Below are positions 47,393 through 59,960 of a stretch of DNA of 64,000 bases, one piece after another. Every line of letters begins with the position of its first letter. Positions within the stretch are counted from its first letter, which is position 1. The position numbers were made by a program, and so were the translations under genes. Below the pieces are notes generated by a model. It saw only the letters and a list, made by a program, of their open reading frames with translations. It did not search any database and was not told the DNA's origin. Source of the DNA: Eukaryota sp. TZLM1-RC (taxonomy: Eukaryota; Protista; Metamonada: BaSk clade); contig JAUPSS010000011.1 of assembly GCA_040285825.1 (NCBI GenBank), positions 62,001-126,000 of the forward strand, read 5' to 3'.

Positions 47393-47464
47393 TTCGCATA
47401 CCGGGAATCGAACCCGGGTCTAGTATGTGAAAGACACTAATGCTAGCCACTACACCATATGCGA
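47393..47464 (-). tRNA. tRNA-Glu (TTC)
   Basis: Acceptor TCGCATA/TATGCGA, anticodon arm AGTGT-CTTTCAC-ATACT, T arm CCGGG-TTCGATT-CCCGG, downstream T run. Confidence 0.93.
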
Positions 47465-47999
47465 CTATACAATTTGCCATAGCAGTAAGACACACAACGG
47501 TATGCGATTTTCAATTTTTGCTCCTGAATGGGACAGTTGAAATAGGTGGGAATAACACATTACATTGGTACCCGAACAAAGAAGCATCGTCTATATAAAA
47601 TTTGTTCTCAATCCATCTGAAGAACTTCTTCGTGAACATCCTATGTGTAGTTGAGCGGGTTAAAATAGTCGTATAACTATTTTTTGGCGTTCCTTTTGAT
47701 TGTCGTTTTTGGTGGAGCTTTATTGTCATCAATTGTTTCCTACTAACATTATTTCAAATTTCAAATTTGTACACACTTTTTAGGAATCTAACCCTCTCCT
47801 GAACCAATTTTCACCAATGCACGATTAGTGAGCCTCAGTAACCTAAGAGGGTGGTCCATAAGAGCAACAGGAAATCAATTTATGGTACGTTCTGTGGTAC
47901 CTTTATCAAGTTGCTCAATTCAAATAGTTTTACTATGTTTTGATTTGTTTATTAAAGCCAAAGCCCACTTCAATTTTTGCAGCTCCAATCTGAACAGTA

Positions 48000-50900
48000 T
48001 AATTATGCTTTGTGAGTATATGATCCTCCTCATATATCAACAGATGGTAAAACAAAAAAGTGCAATATCACAGGACTTGGAAAACTTTGTTTATGGTGAA
48101 GAAGATTATAGATTAACGACTACCGTTGAACAACAAAATTTAAACAAAACTCCAAGTTATGTAGACCATTTGAGATATATGTTTGAGTTTTTTCCACGAT
48201 TTCCAACTAATGAATTCAGTAGACCTGCTGAGTTTATGGCCCCAGTGTTGTTTGCCAATTTTGAGAATAATTTGAAATTGAATTATGAAAAACATGGTTA
48301 ATCGTTTCATCAATGTCTATTTTGACAAAGCAGATGTTGAAAAAGTGTAAGCAAAAATGCACAAACTGAGTGGGTACACAACGCCATTGTCTACTATAAT
48401 TTCATAGTATAGATTTAGACTTCGACAATTCAAAAACATATTTTTAGTTGATGATCAGCACTCTCTTCTGATGTCTTTTTTAATTCCAATACTTCGAATT
48501 ATATTTTTAATTTAGATTTTAAAAACGCTTTCAATGCAGTGAAGAGGTCGTCCATCTTGCCCTTGCTTCAAACTCATTTTCCAGAAGCTGAGTCGTTCTT
48601 TTACAATTTTTATGGCTCACAGTCGACTCTTGTTTATGAGGAATTCAATCTAATATCATCATGTGGTGTCAAACAAGGTTATCCATTAGGTCCTTTCTTT
48701 TTCTGCCTTGCTATCCATCCTTCAATGTGTGAATTAAAACAAGAATTTCCAGATGTTCATATAACTGCTTATATGGATGACATATCAATAATTGGTCCAA
48801 TTGATTCATTGAGAACAATTGCTGAAATTGTTCAACAGCGCTATTATCAAATTGGTCTTTCTCTAAATATTTCCAAATGTTTATTGATTGGTAGAGAGCC
48901 TGCTGATCTCATTATTGATGATCAAAGTGTTCCTTTTATCAATTATTTTGAATCAGGATTTCGTTTTTTAGGTTGTTATTTAGGCAATTTTGATGAAATT
49001 CGAAATCAACTTTCCTCTATTTTGGATAATTTTGAAGAAGAATTGATGGTTCTTTCAGATTTAAATATTGAAAAACATCTTAAATTTTTCTTCCTCAGAA
49101 TTTGTTATTCAGGGAAATTTACTCATGTTTTACGATCAACATCACCATCTATATCTCTCGAATTTTGCAGAATTTTTAATGAATTAAGAACAAAATTTTT
49201 GGCTAATTTGCTCGATATTGATTCTTCTTTTTTACGTAGTCATATTTTTTGTAGCACAGAATTGGAGGCCTGGATTTTCACAAATCAAAATATTTGTGTA
49301 AAGCCGCATTCATTGGTGGAGGAAAAAATTTCGTTTTTGAATTTTTGAAACGTTTTCCTGAAAACCAGCATTTAATAGAATGTTGTGTTAGTGACTAATT
49401 AGTGTCCTTGCAGAGTGAAATTGAATGCATCTCTCCTCACATATGGTCCAAATGCTTTCCTGCTGATATTCAAGAAATTCCACCCAGGAGTTTGATTTCC
49501 TTGAAATTTGCATATGCTAAATTGCAGAAAAAGATATTAAAAGTTTTTGAAAACTTGGATTTCACTGTTCGTCTTAGCTTGGCTAAAGAAAAGAATCCCG
49601 TTTTTGCAAACTTTTTAATTGACCTCAAGGATAGTAGCTCAAGTTGTCTTATTTCCCAGATTCCAAATGTATATGGTCTATTATTAAATGATCATCAATG
49701 GACAACTGCCTTCAGGATGAGGTGTTTTCTGTGGCCATGTAGTGTGCCAAATGATTTGATTTGTCGTTGTGGTCAGCTCATCAATCTGAATCATTTATTT
49801 AGTCGCAAATTTAATATTACATATCGTTCAGTTGTTCACGATGCTGTTAGAGACCAACTATACGCTATGTGCAAAAGCCATCACATTGAAGCTTTTGTTG
49901 AACCACTTGTGCGAAGGTTGTCATCTGAAAATGAAGATGAAAATACTTTTGGGAAATGCTGTGCTGATTTAATTACCCCTGGGTCTGATGGTGTTATTAA
50001 AGTTGTTGATGTTGTCACTGTTGATGTTTGTAAAGACTCAGCAATTGATTTTGCTAAAAGAGATGAAACTCCACTTTGCTTTGCTGAAAAGAGCAAAATC
50101 AAAAAGTACAATGAACCCTTATCTCAGCTAGGATGTGTTGAGCTTTTCAAGTATCAGTTGGTTCCATTTGCTGTTTCTCTTTTTGGTAACATTGGAATAT
50201 CTGGCATTAAATTTCCTGAAGGTTTCAGAAGTTTAATAAAAGAAAGAGCAGGAAAAGAATTGAACTTCAATTTCTGGCACAATAGAATTGTTTTTGGTAT
50301 TCTTAAAGCAATTCCAGAAATGTTGACCAAAGCACTGTTACAATTAGGAATAGAGTATGAAAATCGCACGCTTAAAAGATTTGATGATGTTGATGCATGT
50401 ATTGAGGATATTGAGTTCTAGTTGTTTGTTTAATGTTTTGTTAGCGTTGAAAATAAATTTCAAATTTTTTCATTCAAGAATTAGCCAGTGTGCGTGAACA
50501 TGAAATTGAGCAGCAAAGAAATAGTCGGGTGATGAATCAAAACAAGAAATTCAAATGGTTGAAAATGACTCAGATGTCCTGGTCTTTGAAAAGTAGGATG
50601 AATGAAAAACAGAAACTATGGGCGACAACGTATACTGAAATAGATTACAACAGGAACCAAATGATGGAGTCTAACGAAATGACAATCGAAGATGCAAATA
50701 CCGAATTATCTTCGTTTGCTGCCAATTCAGCAACTTTTATAGATTGTTTCTAACCTTGTGGTTGCCAAACTTCGGCAAATTTTTTTCACAATTGACTTTT
50801 ACAGTCTTGATTTGTAAAAGCATTCATAAAATGCAAGCTTTTATTCACAGGCAAAAGACTGGAAGTTGGTTGTTAAAAAGCCTTGTTCAGAATTTTGGCA

Positions 50901-51180
50901 ACCTGAAAGACACTTTGATACTAATGGGTGATTAAGGTAAGAGCACTAAAATTTGAAACGTGATAGACCTAATCGAGGCATTGGAGGGATTCAATTTCTG
51001 AAAAGGAATGGATTTAAAGTATTGATGATTAATAAAGCTTTCACTTCAGTAAAATGTTCTGTTTGTTTTGAACAGGTTGCTACGTTTTTGACAGAAACAA
51101 ATTCCAGATTCTATGGTAGAGAAAAGACTCCTATTACTGCATGTCATGGTTTATAAGCTTGTAGCAGTGAAAGTTGCAGA
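48000..51180 (+). pseudogene. Second FzD Fanzor copy (about 48000-48455 and 50474-51180), with a CRE element in place of its middle
   Basis: Nucleotide similarity to 31110-31520 and 32270-32978. Confidence 0.8.
48456..50460 (+). mobile_element. CRE family C-like element, 5'-truncated (RT plus RLE), frameshifted
   Basis: LDFKNAFN, GVKQG, AYMDD, CRC..H, RSVVHDAVRD, ADL..D..EKSKIKKY; AATAAA at the end. Confidence 0.88.
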
Positions 51181-52990
51181 CCAAACGTTTCCATTTTTGG
51201 AAGGCCGTAGACTCAGAAACGGAAAAACAATACGATGGGTATTTGGCGAATGTATTCAAATCAATTATCGAAGTAGGACAAGAATTTATTAATTGTGTTA
51301 TTACAGATTCTGCTCCCATCTGTTTAAACGCTGCTTAAAAAATGAATGAGGTTCCCTTTTGATGTTCATCTGATCAATGGTGAATCAAATTTTTACTTGA
51401 ATCAACTGCAATTTGAATTAGAAAATTTGCCTAGTGATATCTGGATTCAGTGTTTTCCTCAAAATGTTCAAGAAATTCCCACCCGATCACTTCCAAATTT
51501 ACGTTTTTGCTTGAAAAAGCTTCAGCACCATCTGGTTAAATTATATGAAGGCTTGGATTATGAAGTAAGACTTGGCTTGGCCAAAACTAAAAATCCCGCT
51601 TTCGGTAATTTTTTAAAGGATATTCGTGATAGTTCAGCTGCTGCTTTAGTAACTCAAGTTCCCTCTGTTTATGGACTTTTGTTAAAAAACAATGAATGGC
51701 TTCTAAACATGCGTTTTCGTTGTTTTCTGTGGCCAAACAATTTGCCCAATCATTTAACTTGTAAATGTGGTAAACCTCTTTTGTTTACTCATCTTTTGAA
51801 CTGTAAACATTTCATTACGTTTAGAAGCAAAGTGCATAATAATGTCAGGGACCAAATTTATGTAATGTGCAAATCATATCGAGTAGATTCCTTTTTAGAA
51901 CCGTTGTTATCAAAATTAATTCTTGATGATCCCAATATTGATAGTACGCGTTACAACAGAGCTTCTATGGGTCTGACTAGAGGTGATCTAGTTGTTTCTG
52001 GTTTAAATGGTAGTTTTACTATTTTGGACGCCATGTCTATTGACCCTTGTAATTCCTCTAACGAACATCTCATTAACTCGGATGTAAATAATCCTCTTCT
52101 TGCAGGAGAAAAATATAAAATTGCTAAATATGCGAAACACATTTCCTCGGTTAATGAAAATTCTCATGCCCAATATAATTTATGTCCATTTGTTTTTTCT
52201 TTGCTTGGATCTCTAGGTAAGGCTGCTATGGCTTTCCTTGAGGATTTTGTTGTAGTTGTAAAGGAAAGAACTGGAAGAATTTTCAATCGTGTTTACTGGC
52301 AAAACAGGATTGTATTTTCTATTTTTAAGGGAATGGTAAAACTAATTTCTGATTCACTATCTTCTTTTGGGAAATTTTTTGAATCTTTAGCAATTAATTG
52401 TTTTGATGTAGGGGAGGCAGGTTTTGAGGATGTGGAGTTTTAATTGTGTATTTCATATTTGTTGTTGAATAAAAATAAATAATAAAAAAAATGAATGGTC
52501 AGTTCCATAATTCAAAGCACAAGGTGTGCTATTCACACATTGAACTCGTTCAATCAAGACATCTGTGATGCCATTTCTCCACAAAGCATTCAACCAATGA
52601 TTGAGTTAAGGACGCCTGCTCTCAGCGTCGTCAACTTTATCCTCAACAAACCTTTTATCAAAAAATTAACGAAAAGGTTTCCACACAAAAGAAAATTTGC
52701 AGTCACGAGATTTTACACCCATTTCTTAGTTTTAGTAAGCCTGTATGAGATTTTTCCAAATATAACTCACACGTTGACCCACGAAGAATACAATAAGTGG
52801 TCAGGAATGATTGAACAAAGAATATACGTTCTAAATCTGCTGAAGTCAAGTCAATGGTATCTAATGAAAGTTATTGGACCAGCATTAAAGTTTTAATCGA
52901 TTATTTGAAGTTACTCGTCAATATCATGCAGAAAATCGACAGTTTGACACACATTATGGGTAAACTTATCAATGTCTTCGATCAGAACAG
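51181..52990 (+). pseudogene. hAT transposase remnant (DUF659-type core) split by a CRE insertion
   Basis: FWKAVDS..IIEVG..VITDSA before the insertion; RCAIHTLN (CxxH) and TRFYTHF after it. Confidence 0.72.
51349..52485 (+). mobile_element. 5'-truncated CRE family A copy with intact C-terminal ORF and 12-bp TSD
   Basis: ORF 51346-52443 with CCHC finger and RLE; TSD AAAAAATGAATG at 51337-51348 and 52486-52497. Confidence 0.9.
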
Positions 52991-53392
52991 AAAAAACTGC
53001 TCATTGTTTGGTGTTCATCCACCATGTAAAATAGACTGTAGTTTTTGAGTGTTTTGTATGCGTTTCCAAATAAAAACAAATTTAACCAAAACAAAATTTT
53101 TGAGTGTTGATGAGTTTTCTCAATAAATGGGTTAGTACTGGATCCAGGCTTGAAAATTTTACTTGTAAAATGAGTAATTTAAATGAGTACATTATGTGAA
53201 ATTTATCCTTAAAGTAAAGTATTAAAGTACTTTACTACTTTAGTTATCCCTCATGGTTGTTTTTTATCGGAATTTCCACCATTGCCAACTTTACTAGTAC
53301 AAATATTGTTTTGATTTTGGCAAAATTTGTCTGAATTTTGGGACACCTCCCAACTTCTAGATTTGCTGACACTGTTCAGTTGATATACAACA

Positions 53393-54028
53393 ATGAATCC
53401 AATGTCTTCGCCAAAGATAACTGCACTTTTCCACGGATTCCCAAAGGACAGTTCTGGAAGAGTTTCCAAACAAACTATCAAAAATTGGCTATCAGATAAC
53501 CATCTCAATGACAATGCTGTGCATTATGTTCTTTCCAATATCCCATCAGACCGCATTTCACTTCAACAGTTCGAATCCACAGTACATGAAGTGGCAAATC
53601 AAACAACCAGACCCTTGTCTACACCAGTTTCGCAACAGTCCTTTCATTTGAACGAAAAAACTGAAGTGAGTGATGATCCTTCTACTTCAGATCGGTTCTC
53701 CATTTCAGATTCAATTGATTCGGAGCACAAGTCATCACCATCACCATCAGTAGATTCATTCACACCAATAATTAATGGATCGAGAAAAACAAAACCGAAA
53801 CACCAACAGGAAATTGTTTCAACAAATACTCAACTCACAAAGAAGCTCGATGACCTAGTCTCTGTGCTGGACCAAAGGGACTACCATAATGACTCTTTAA
53901 TCAACAGAATTGCGCATTTAGAGAGGGAAATTTCACAAATCAAACAGTTTATGTGTGGCGTTTTCATAACAGTTTTGGTTGTTCTTGTAGTTTTAATAAG
54001 AAACATTAATGTTGTAAATCTGGCTTAG
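53393..54028 (+). CDS. Hypothetical tail-anchored protein (EF-hand-like N-terminus, coiled coil, C-terminal TM)
   Basis: 211-aa ORF; DSSGRVS loop; hydrophobic GVFITVLVVLVVLI. Confidence 0.65.
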   Translation: MNPMSSPKITALFHGFPKDSSGRVSKQTIKNWLSDNHLNDNAVHYVLSNIPSDRISLQQFESTVHEVANQTTRPLSTPVSQQSFHLNEKTEVSDDPSTSDRFSISDSIDSEHKSSPSPSVDSFTPIINGSRKTKPKHQQEIVSTNTQLTKKLDDLVSVLDQRDYHNDSLINRIAHLEREISQIKQFMCGVFITVLVVLVVLIRNINVVNLA

Positions 54029-54405
54029 AATCAATACTATGCATAAATGCAGTTCCACTCACCAATTGTGAGAAATCTCAATTTATATTTTTTGACAAGA
54101 GCGTTCACTCAATACCAGACATACGAATTACAAGGTGTTGGTCCCACAAGTGGGGTGGTATCTGCAGTGGGGATGTGTTGTTCATAAAGACTTCATTTGT
54201 GAAATAACGTAAACTAAAAGTATTTACTGCTACACAATACAAAAGAGCTTCTCACAAAGCCTCTAAATACACAATACAGAAAAAAGTAACTGAAAATCCG
54301 CCAGGAATCACGACATTGTGGCCACAGTAAAATAAACTATGTGGTACCTGAAACGACAACAACTAAAACCAATGAACAGATAAACAAAAGAAACGGTCCA
54401 TTGAA

Positions 54406-54627
54406 TCAAAGTTTGGCTAGACTGGTGGCAAAGGCTGCAACTTCGGTATTGACACTATCTCTGAGTCGATCGAAAAGTGCGGGAGAAACGTCAAACTGAT
54501 GATCAAAGTGTAACTTCTTTGCGTCAATTGTCTCATCAAAGGAGTTTAAAAAGTCCGTTAAGCAAGTGAGTTGGCCAGAAAGGGCGATCTGTAGCTTCAA
54601 TGCCTCTCGAACAAGGATGTTGGACAT
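54406..54627 (-). CDS. Small hypothetical helical protein
   Basis: 73-aa ATG ORF with GC above its flanks; no motif. Confidence 0.35.
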   Translation of the reverse strand: MSNILVREALKLQIALSGQLTCLTDFLNSFDETIDAKKLHFDHQFDVSPALFDRLRDSVNTEVAAFATSLAKL

Positions 54628-54837
54628 CAAGGAGTTGTCCAGTAATACTATAAGTTGTCTATAACTCGTGAGTTTTAAATAAATATGGGTTGTGCACGAA
54701 TTCCATAAATTAAATTTTTTCCATAGTTGTGTCTGTTTTTGAGATGTAGAAATAACTACTACTATTTGTGGGCTCTACGTTTGTCTTGATTGTTGGGAGA
54801 AAAAAAAGATTAAGAACAAACATTTGTCCCTATTTAT

Positions 54838-55759
54838 AATACTATATTTATTGAATTTGCACACTTAATTAAATTAACTCAATACTAATGGGACGACTAT
54901 CATTGAATCAAGATTTCCTCTACAAAATCTTGATCTGCTTGCTGTCTAGCTAAAGCTTCTCTTATTCGATTGAAAAACCGCGGTAATCTATTAATAATGG
55001 CAAATTGAATCCGTGAACGCCATAAAAAAATATCAAATCTTTTCATTGTTTTTTCTTGCACCATTTTTTGGAAGTCATCCAAAAAAGTTTCTGCTTCAAC
55101 TGATAATCTTCCATTTATCGAAAATGGGAAAGCAATAAAAACCAGCTGTGTATTTCTATCGACATTTGCCTCTTCAATTTCTTTATCATATTTTCTATGT
55201 TTTTCGTTTGCTTTAAAATCCAGAGCAGCCACAGGATTAAGTTTTCTTCTGTGAACCAAAGTATCATTTGCAACATTTCATGAGACAAAGTCAACAATAG
55301 CTTCAGAATTATCAATCCAATCACAGTATACATCACCTCTATCATCAGAACCAAAATTATTCAGAGAAAGTGTTTCCTTCAGCAGGGGCTCTTTGATACA
55401 CGATATCCTTGCAGTTTGTGCCATATTGAAAACAGTGTCTCTAACAGCATCATGTAATGAAGAACGATAAGTTATCAATTTAGAGCAATTTAGAGCATGG
55501 CCCAAAGTGAGTTGAGGTGAATTCGAACAAATACATTTTTCTTTTGATAATAATTGATTAACGGGGATATTCAAATATAATCTCATTTTTGTTACAAATG
55601 TCTTATTAGTGGCACACAATCCAAATCTTCGTGGTACAATGGTTACAAAAAGTGAAGAATCTGAAGACTTATTTTCACAAACACCCTTTTCCAATTTCAA
55701 TGAGTGAAGATCTTGATTTAAAACAGCCGAGCTGCATATATTAATCCCTATATATTATA
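54838..55759 (-). mobile_element. 5'-truncated CRE family D copy with 11-bp TSD
   Basis: Near-identical to 26160-27053; TSD TCCCTATTTAT at 54827-54837 and 55760-55770. Confidence 0.88.
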
Positions 55760-55880
55760 TCCCTATTTATCGAGGCAACTTGTTATTGACAACAATAATT
55801 TTTTTTCATGAATGAACTATTAGAAAACTGCTCATCACTAATATTAAAAATTAAACACACTTTTTCCGCTATAGGAAAAT

Positions 55881-56363
55881 TTGAACAGTAGGATGAATGA
55901 AAAACAAAAGCAATGGGCGACAAAGTATACTGAGGTAGATTACGACAGGAACCAAATGATAGAGTCTAACGAAATGACAATCGAAGATGCAAACACCGAA
56001 TTATCTGTGTTTGCTGCCAATTCAGCAACTTTTATAGATTTTTCCAACATTGTGGTTGCCAAACTTCGCCAAGTTTTTTTGACAATTGACTTTTACAGTC
56101 ATGACTTGTGGAGCATTCATAGAATGCAAGTTTTATTCACAAGCAAAAGACTGAAAGTTGGTTGTTAAAAAGCCTTGTTCAGAATTTTGGCAACCCGAAA
56201 GACACTTTGGTACTAATGAATGATTATGGTAAAAAGGTTCCAAGAATTTGAAACATCAGAGGCCTACTCGTGGCATTGGATGGATTCAATTTCTGAAAAG
56301 GAATGGATTTGAAATATTGATGATTAATGAAGCTTTCACTTCAGTAAAATGTCCGGTTTGTTT
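55881..56363 (+). pseudogene. Third FzD Fanzor fragment
   Basis: Matches 32381-32866 (..INEAFTSVKCPVC). Confidence 0.82.
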
Positions 56364-57103
56364 TTGTTTTTTGTTGTTTTGCTTGATCATTTTATGTAAC
56401 AATACAACACATGTTTATTATCACATATCAAGGATCCACTGCTGAAGTGTCTATAATTAATATGCAATTGATACAACTATACGATGTAAATGAACACGTT
56501 GATAATAAGGTAAATGTAAGATCAAGATCTATTTTTTAGTAGTACATGCATTTTCAAATACCACAAATCTTATCTGTACACATTACATAGTAATTACTGT
56601 GTTGTAAGACAAGAATCTAGAGACTTAGGGGGAAATACAATGATTGACTTGTACATCAAACAAAGTTACACTGATGCAAGAAGAACGAAAACCACTAGAA
56701 AATGGCGATGAAGATTTCTAACAGTGTAATGCAAAAGTGATCGAAACCCTGTATAAAGCAATGACTAGCTGTTAGACGAGGTGAAGAATGCTGTATTGTG
56801 AGCTCATGCAAACGTCTTTTAAGCACATCCTTCTTGAATTGAGAATTTGTAGAGTTGCAAAGAAAGGCCTAATGGAAAAAAAGGGGTTGAGTCTTCGCTC
56901 TAATACTCCAATCCTATGCGGAGGAGTTGCTAATCTTCTCTGTTTAGTTCCTGTTTTAGGAGATGCCTCAAGAGTTGCCTCTTGGGCATTTCAATAGGAT
57001 TGCGAAAATGAGAAAATTCTACGGTAGAAAAGACAGCAGCACAGCGTGGAAAATTTTTGCACATTTGATGTTGGTGCTTTTTTGTTAAACCACTTTTTAT
57101 TTA

Positions 57104-58137
57104 GACCCTGACTAAATGTACCATTGATTGCACCATAAATTATAATTTTTTTGGTAAATGTACCATAATGAAAACGTACCACAATTTAATCAACGTACCA
57201 CATTCTGTTTCGTCTGAACTTCACATATGGACTTCTCTGATCTTAAGGCAGACAGTTTCTGGTTTGTCATACAACTTATGATTTCAACCTTGGACAGAGG
57301 GCTTCATCTCGAGTTGAATCAATTCACAGTGTTCTAAAAAGATATCTTACAGTATCCACCGGTGATTTGGCAGATATTGCGGAGAAGACGGTTGTTATGT
57401 GGTCTGATATAGTGGCTGAACACAAACTTCAAGAGACTAGAGACGCTGATATTAACTTGATCTATCCAGAATACGTAAATTCTTTCATTCAACCTATCTT
57501 GAAAAAACTTCCCAATTTCATCTGCATCCTGGTTGCGGACGAAGTGATAAGATCACAATCACAATGCGACTCTCTTCCCAATGATCGGCTTTCATCCAAC
57601 TTTGGTCTTCCGTCATCATCTCAGCTTCTTCAACTGTATGAAAGCGGAAACCAACTCTCAGTCGATTTATTAGGAGCATTCCCATGTTCCTATTCAAGTT
57701 CCCTCACAGCCAGAAGTTCCTGTTCCAACTGATACCACGCCGTTAGAGCTTCTTTCTTCCGCTTCGTAATCCGAAGAACAGCGTCAATTTGTGACGTCTT
57801 CTTTAAACCAATTGGTGACATCCGTACAGAACATACCTTCTGCTCCTTCTGTAAAAAAGACAAGGGGACGACCTTTAGGATCTAGAGGTACCCGTAGAAA
57901 TCCTGCTGCATTTGAAGTGCCTCCTGTGAAACGTCCACGAGGTAGACCACGTAAAAACTGTTAAGTTATAACTGTTCCATTGCTTGTTTTATAGAGCTTT
58001 TGTTTCCGCCAATAAAGTTGTATTGATTACAGGTTTTCTATAAAAAATGCCTTTTATAGTACATCAGTTAATATATGGTACATTTACCAAAAAAATTATA
58101 ATTTATGGTGCAATCAATGGTAGATTTAGTCAGGGTC
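57104..58137 (+). mobile_element. Internally deleted Mutator-like (MULE) element with 64-bp TIRs
   Basis: TIRs 57104-57167 and 58074-58137 (1 mismatch); TSD TTTATTTA; transposase remnant FNLGQRASSRVESIHSVLK..STGDL and RGRP..TRRNPAAFE. Confidence 0.88.
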
Positions 58138-58139
58138 TT

Positions 58140-58790
58140 TATTTATTCCAACAAAAACAAACTATACGACAAAGTTAAAATTCTATGTCTTCATTACCCA
58201 AATCAGCCAAGAAGAATTGACTGCAAGTTTTTCTTACATAAAAGTGTCCAAGAGATAACAAAACTGAAGATAATGAGGGAACAACACCCTCGAAAATTCA
58301 ATATACAATTCTGTTTTGGCCAAAAAATCTTGTCAAAAACTCTCCCAGTAGGTTGTTTCACAATTTCAACAAAATCATCCAGAAAAGATAAAGCAAGAGG
58401 TCCAAGCGTTCCATAAAGGGAAACTGCAAAAGGACAAAAGGACAGAGGACATAAAAAGTATGCGATTCTGCAATCAAAGATAACAATTTTGCTTTATTTT
58501 TGTCAATTTTGGCTTTTTCGGAAACAGTTAAGGGGGCTTTACATTTTGATTGAGCCAGTGGAATAAAGGAATCATTACAGACATCAGTGGATCTCACATC
58601 TGTAATAATGGTAGTACCTTCAAGACCTTCAAGCATTAAATCACCTCTGATTCGACCAAACGAATTCAAAGTATCTTCATCAACCAAACGGGAAAGTAAT
58701 GGTTCCAAATAGGAAAGAATTCTGTGTGACTTTGACATACAATAGAGCTGATTTCTTACTGCATCATGAACTTTGGTGCTTTTAGAATAC
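58140..58790 (-). mobile_element. 3' end (RLE domain) of CRE family E-like element
   Basis: KVHDAVRNQLYCMSKSH..RGDL..D..EKAK. Confidence 0.8.
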
Positions 58791-58839
58791 ATGTTAGTTG
58801 ACTTTTGATTATTATATCTATATTTACTTAGGGAATAAC

Positions 58840-59960
58840 GAATAAGAAATCATCCATTACATAACATAAGCTCCACATCCTAAAAGCCTGCATCTCCAAT
58901 ATCGAAGCAGTTAATTACTAAAGATTCAGAAAATTTACCAAAAGAAGAAAGTGAATCAGAAATTAATTTCACCATTGCCTTATATGTTGAAAACACAATC
59001 CCGTTTTGCCAGTCAACATAATTGAAAATTCTTCCAGTTCTTTCCTTTATAACTAGGCTGAAATTTTCAAGGAAACCAAAGCAACCTTTCCTAAACAACA
59101 GACCAAACAAAAAACAAGGAGTATCGATTGTAGTAGGCACGAGAATTTTCATTATTAGAAGAACTAGGTTTCGCGTATTTAGCAATATTGTATTTTTCAC
59201 CAGCAAGAAGAGGATTAATGACATCAGAATTAATGAAATGTTCCTTAGAAGAATTACAAGGGTCAATGGACATGGCATCTAAAATAGTAAAACTACAATT
59301 TAAGCGGGGAACAACCAAATCCCCTCTTGTAAGACCCATAGAAGCTCTGTTGTGGCGCATACTATCAATATTGGGGTCATCGAGAATTAATTTTGATAGC
59401 AATGGCACTAAAAACGAATCTACTCGTTATGAATTGCACATTACGTAACTTTGGTCCCTAACATTATAATGTACTATGCTTCTAAATGTAATGAAATGTT
59501 TACAGTTCAAAAGATGAGTAAACAAAAGAGGTTTACCACATTTACATGTTAAATGATTGGGCAAATTGTTTGGCCTTAGAAAACAACGAAAACGCATGTT
59601 TAAAAGCCATTGATTGTTTTTTAACAAAAGTCCATAAACAAAAAAAAATTACCGAAAGCGGGATTTTCAGTTTTGGCCAAGCCAAGTCTTACTTCATAAT
59701 CCAAGCTTTCATATAATTTAACCAAATGGTGCTGAATCTTTTTCAGGCAAAAACGTAAATTTGGGAGTGATCGGCTGGGAATCTCTTGAACATTCTGAGG
59801 AAAATACTGAATCCAGCTATCACTGGGCAAATCATCTAATTCAAATTGAAGTTGACTTAAGTATAAATTTGCTTCACCATTGATCAGATGAACATCATAA
59901 GGGAACCTTTGGAAAAATTCAAGAACAAAAATTTTACCGCGTTTTAAAAATGCTGCTTTA
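58840..59960 (-). mobile_element. CRE family A' degenerate copy
   Basis: ORF pieces 59621-59986, 59427-59627, 59091-59408 and 58880-59278 match family A. Confidence 0.85.
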
